From contig CM075999.1 of assembly GCA_038087875.1 (NCBI GenBank), positions 2,296,001 through 2,360,000 on the forward strand: a stretch of DNA of 64,000 bases. The letters run 5' to 3'. Source of the stretch: Malacoraja senta (lineage: Eukaryota). Under the pieces are notes generated by a model. The model saw nothing but the letters and a program-made list of their open reading frames with translations. It ran no database searches and was not told where the DNA came from. Position numbers and translations under genes: made by a program. How positions within the stretch are numbered: the stretch's first letter is position 1; each line of letters begins with the position of its first letter. This document shows positions 62,259 to 64,000 of this stretch, piece by piece.

Positions 62259-63699
62259 CAGTCAGAATAGACAATGTTGAATTCTGCCGACCAAAGGGGA
62301 CTTTGAAGAAGGGTTTCGACCCGAAACTTTGCCTATTTCCTTCGCTCCATAGATGCTGCCTCACCCGCTGAGTTTCTCCACCATTTTTGGCGACCAAAGG
62401 GGACATTTGGGGCGGCACGGTGTCATGGCGGTGTCATTGTAAATTGTCCCTAGTGTGTGTGTGTGTGTGTGTGTAGGATAGTTCCGGTGTGCGGGGATCG
62501 CTGGTCGGCACGCACTTGGTGGGCCGAAGGGCCTGTTTCTAAACTAAACTGAACCAGACTAAACCAGGACAAGGGAGAGACAAAATCCGTCACAGTCTGA
62601 ATGGCCCAAAAGCTCAGGGAATGAAAGCAGATTCACAGAAATGGAGGCCTCTCAAATTTTTTCACTTGAATAGGGAAACCAGTTGCAAGGAAATGTCCGC
62701 CTTCTGCATTTCCAGGCGAGCGAAACACTCACATTCCTGACTGACCAGCTGCAGAAGTCAGATGACACAAGCTGCTTTGTCAACATAAAGTCCTTTGGAG
62801 TCTTCCACGGGTACTTCACTAACATGAATGTAGTGCTGGGGAGGTTGGGGAGGAGTGGAATAACTTTAACTGGCTTTAATTTTGCTATAAAGTGTCACAT
62901 TGTACAAAGTACAACAACCTCATGTGTGTGAAGCTGCAACAGTCACTCTTGCCCTGTTCAAAAACCGAGTCGTAAATGCTCAGGGTGGGTGGATAATAAT
63001 TAATCTCAGACCGTGACTGGATTCGTACACAGCTCTTGAATTCCACACAGCGGGCACTGTAAAGACTTTGTTTTCGAAAGGAGTCGTGATCTTTCTGCCC
63101 CCTCCTCCCGCTCCCTTCCCCTCCCCCCCACCCCGCCTCCATCCCACAGGCTGCGTGCCGTGCAGGCCTTACTAGATGGCAATTTCCTTTGAGAACTGCT
63201 CTATCAGAAGGCTACAGCGACATCATTCTTCCCCAAGGCCCAGCACAAGAACACACACTGCCCGGGGACAAAGGCATTCTGTGCAGTGACAAATCTCCAT
63301 TGTCAGTCTCCAAACAGGCCGCTACTGTTTCCAATCCTTGTTTTCATCGCCATTCATTCCTCCAATATTCATATCTCCCCTCAATTTTATTTACGAGGCT
63401 GAATGGATTCACTTTGCAAAATTTCACATTCCTGCGCACCACTGACTTTTCTCACTGTGGGAAGTATCTTCTTGGAATTCTCCCCGTCAGTAATACGAGA
63501 CTCCAGACTTTCCAGATACAGCGCAGATAACAGGCCCTTCGGCCCACCGAGTCCGTGCCGGCCAGCGATCGCACCGTACACTAGTTCCATCCTTACACAC
63601 ACCAGGGGACAATGTACAATGTTTACCGAAGCCAAATTAACCTGCAAACCTGTACATCTTTGGGATGTGGGAGGAAACCGGAGCACCGGAGTAAACCTG

Positions 63700-64000
63700 C
63701 ACGGTGGCGCAGCGGTAGAGTTGCTGCCTTACAGTTGCTTGCAGCGCCGGAGACCCGGGTTCGATCCCGACTACGGGCGCTGTCTGTACGGAGTTTGTAC
63801 GTTCTCCCGTGACCTGTGTGGGTTTTCTCCGAGATCTTCGGTTTCCGCCCACACTCCAAAGGCGCGCAGGTTTGTAGGTTAAATGGCTCGGTATAAATGT
63901 AAATTGTCCCTAGTGTGTGTAGGATAGTGTCAGCGGACTCGGTGGGCCGAAGGGCCTGTTTCCGCGCTGTATCTCAGAACTAAACTAAACCAAACTAAAC
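63700..64000 (+). mobile_element. V-SINE (HE1-like)
   Basis: A box tggcgcagcgg, B box ggttcgatcc, V-domain and (CTAAA)n tail; preceded by an inverted partial copy at ~63505-63690. Confidence 0.9.

Noticed and set aside
62683..62931. ORF containing FVNIKS, resembling FINIKY in the last PACRG exon
   Set aside because: The surrounding residues do not match GDGIDYSQQKRENIGD or PTYESC, so this is chance similarity.

Overview
Vertebrate genomic DNA, most likely from a cartilaginous fish (skate/ray; inferred from the HE1/V-SINE plus CR1/HER1-type repeat set). The only host gene I can support is PACRG on the + strand: two internal coding exons, 1162-1333 (172 nt) and 10050-10199 (150 nt), both with canonical AG/GT sites. 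The terminal PACRG exon is not in the window, so the remaining ~54 kb is read as intron. Most of the window is transposon-derived: CR1 LINE fragments, Rex1/Babar fragments, one Tx1-like fragment, tRNA-derived V-SINEs, hAT and PIF/Harbinger-type MITEs, and microsatellites. There are also very many Penelope-like element (PLE) 3' fragments. The most interesting signal is a minimal hammerhead-ribozyme motif (CTGANGA-N-GGGTCTCGACCC-GAAA-CGTC) in dozens of PLE-derived copies. It occurs as monomers, as TSD-flanked fold-back palindromes, as 34-bp internal arrays, and as dispersed 66-bp tandem arrays that keep only the substrate half of the ribozyme. Nearly all ORFs in the supplied track are repeat artefacts. 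Repeat boundaries are approximate unless TSDs or TIRs are quoted.
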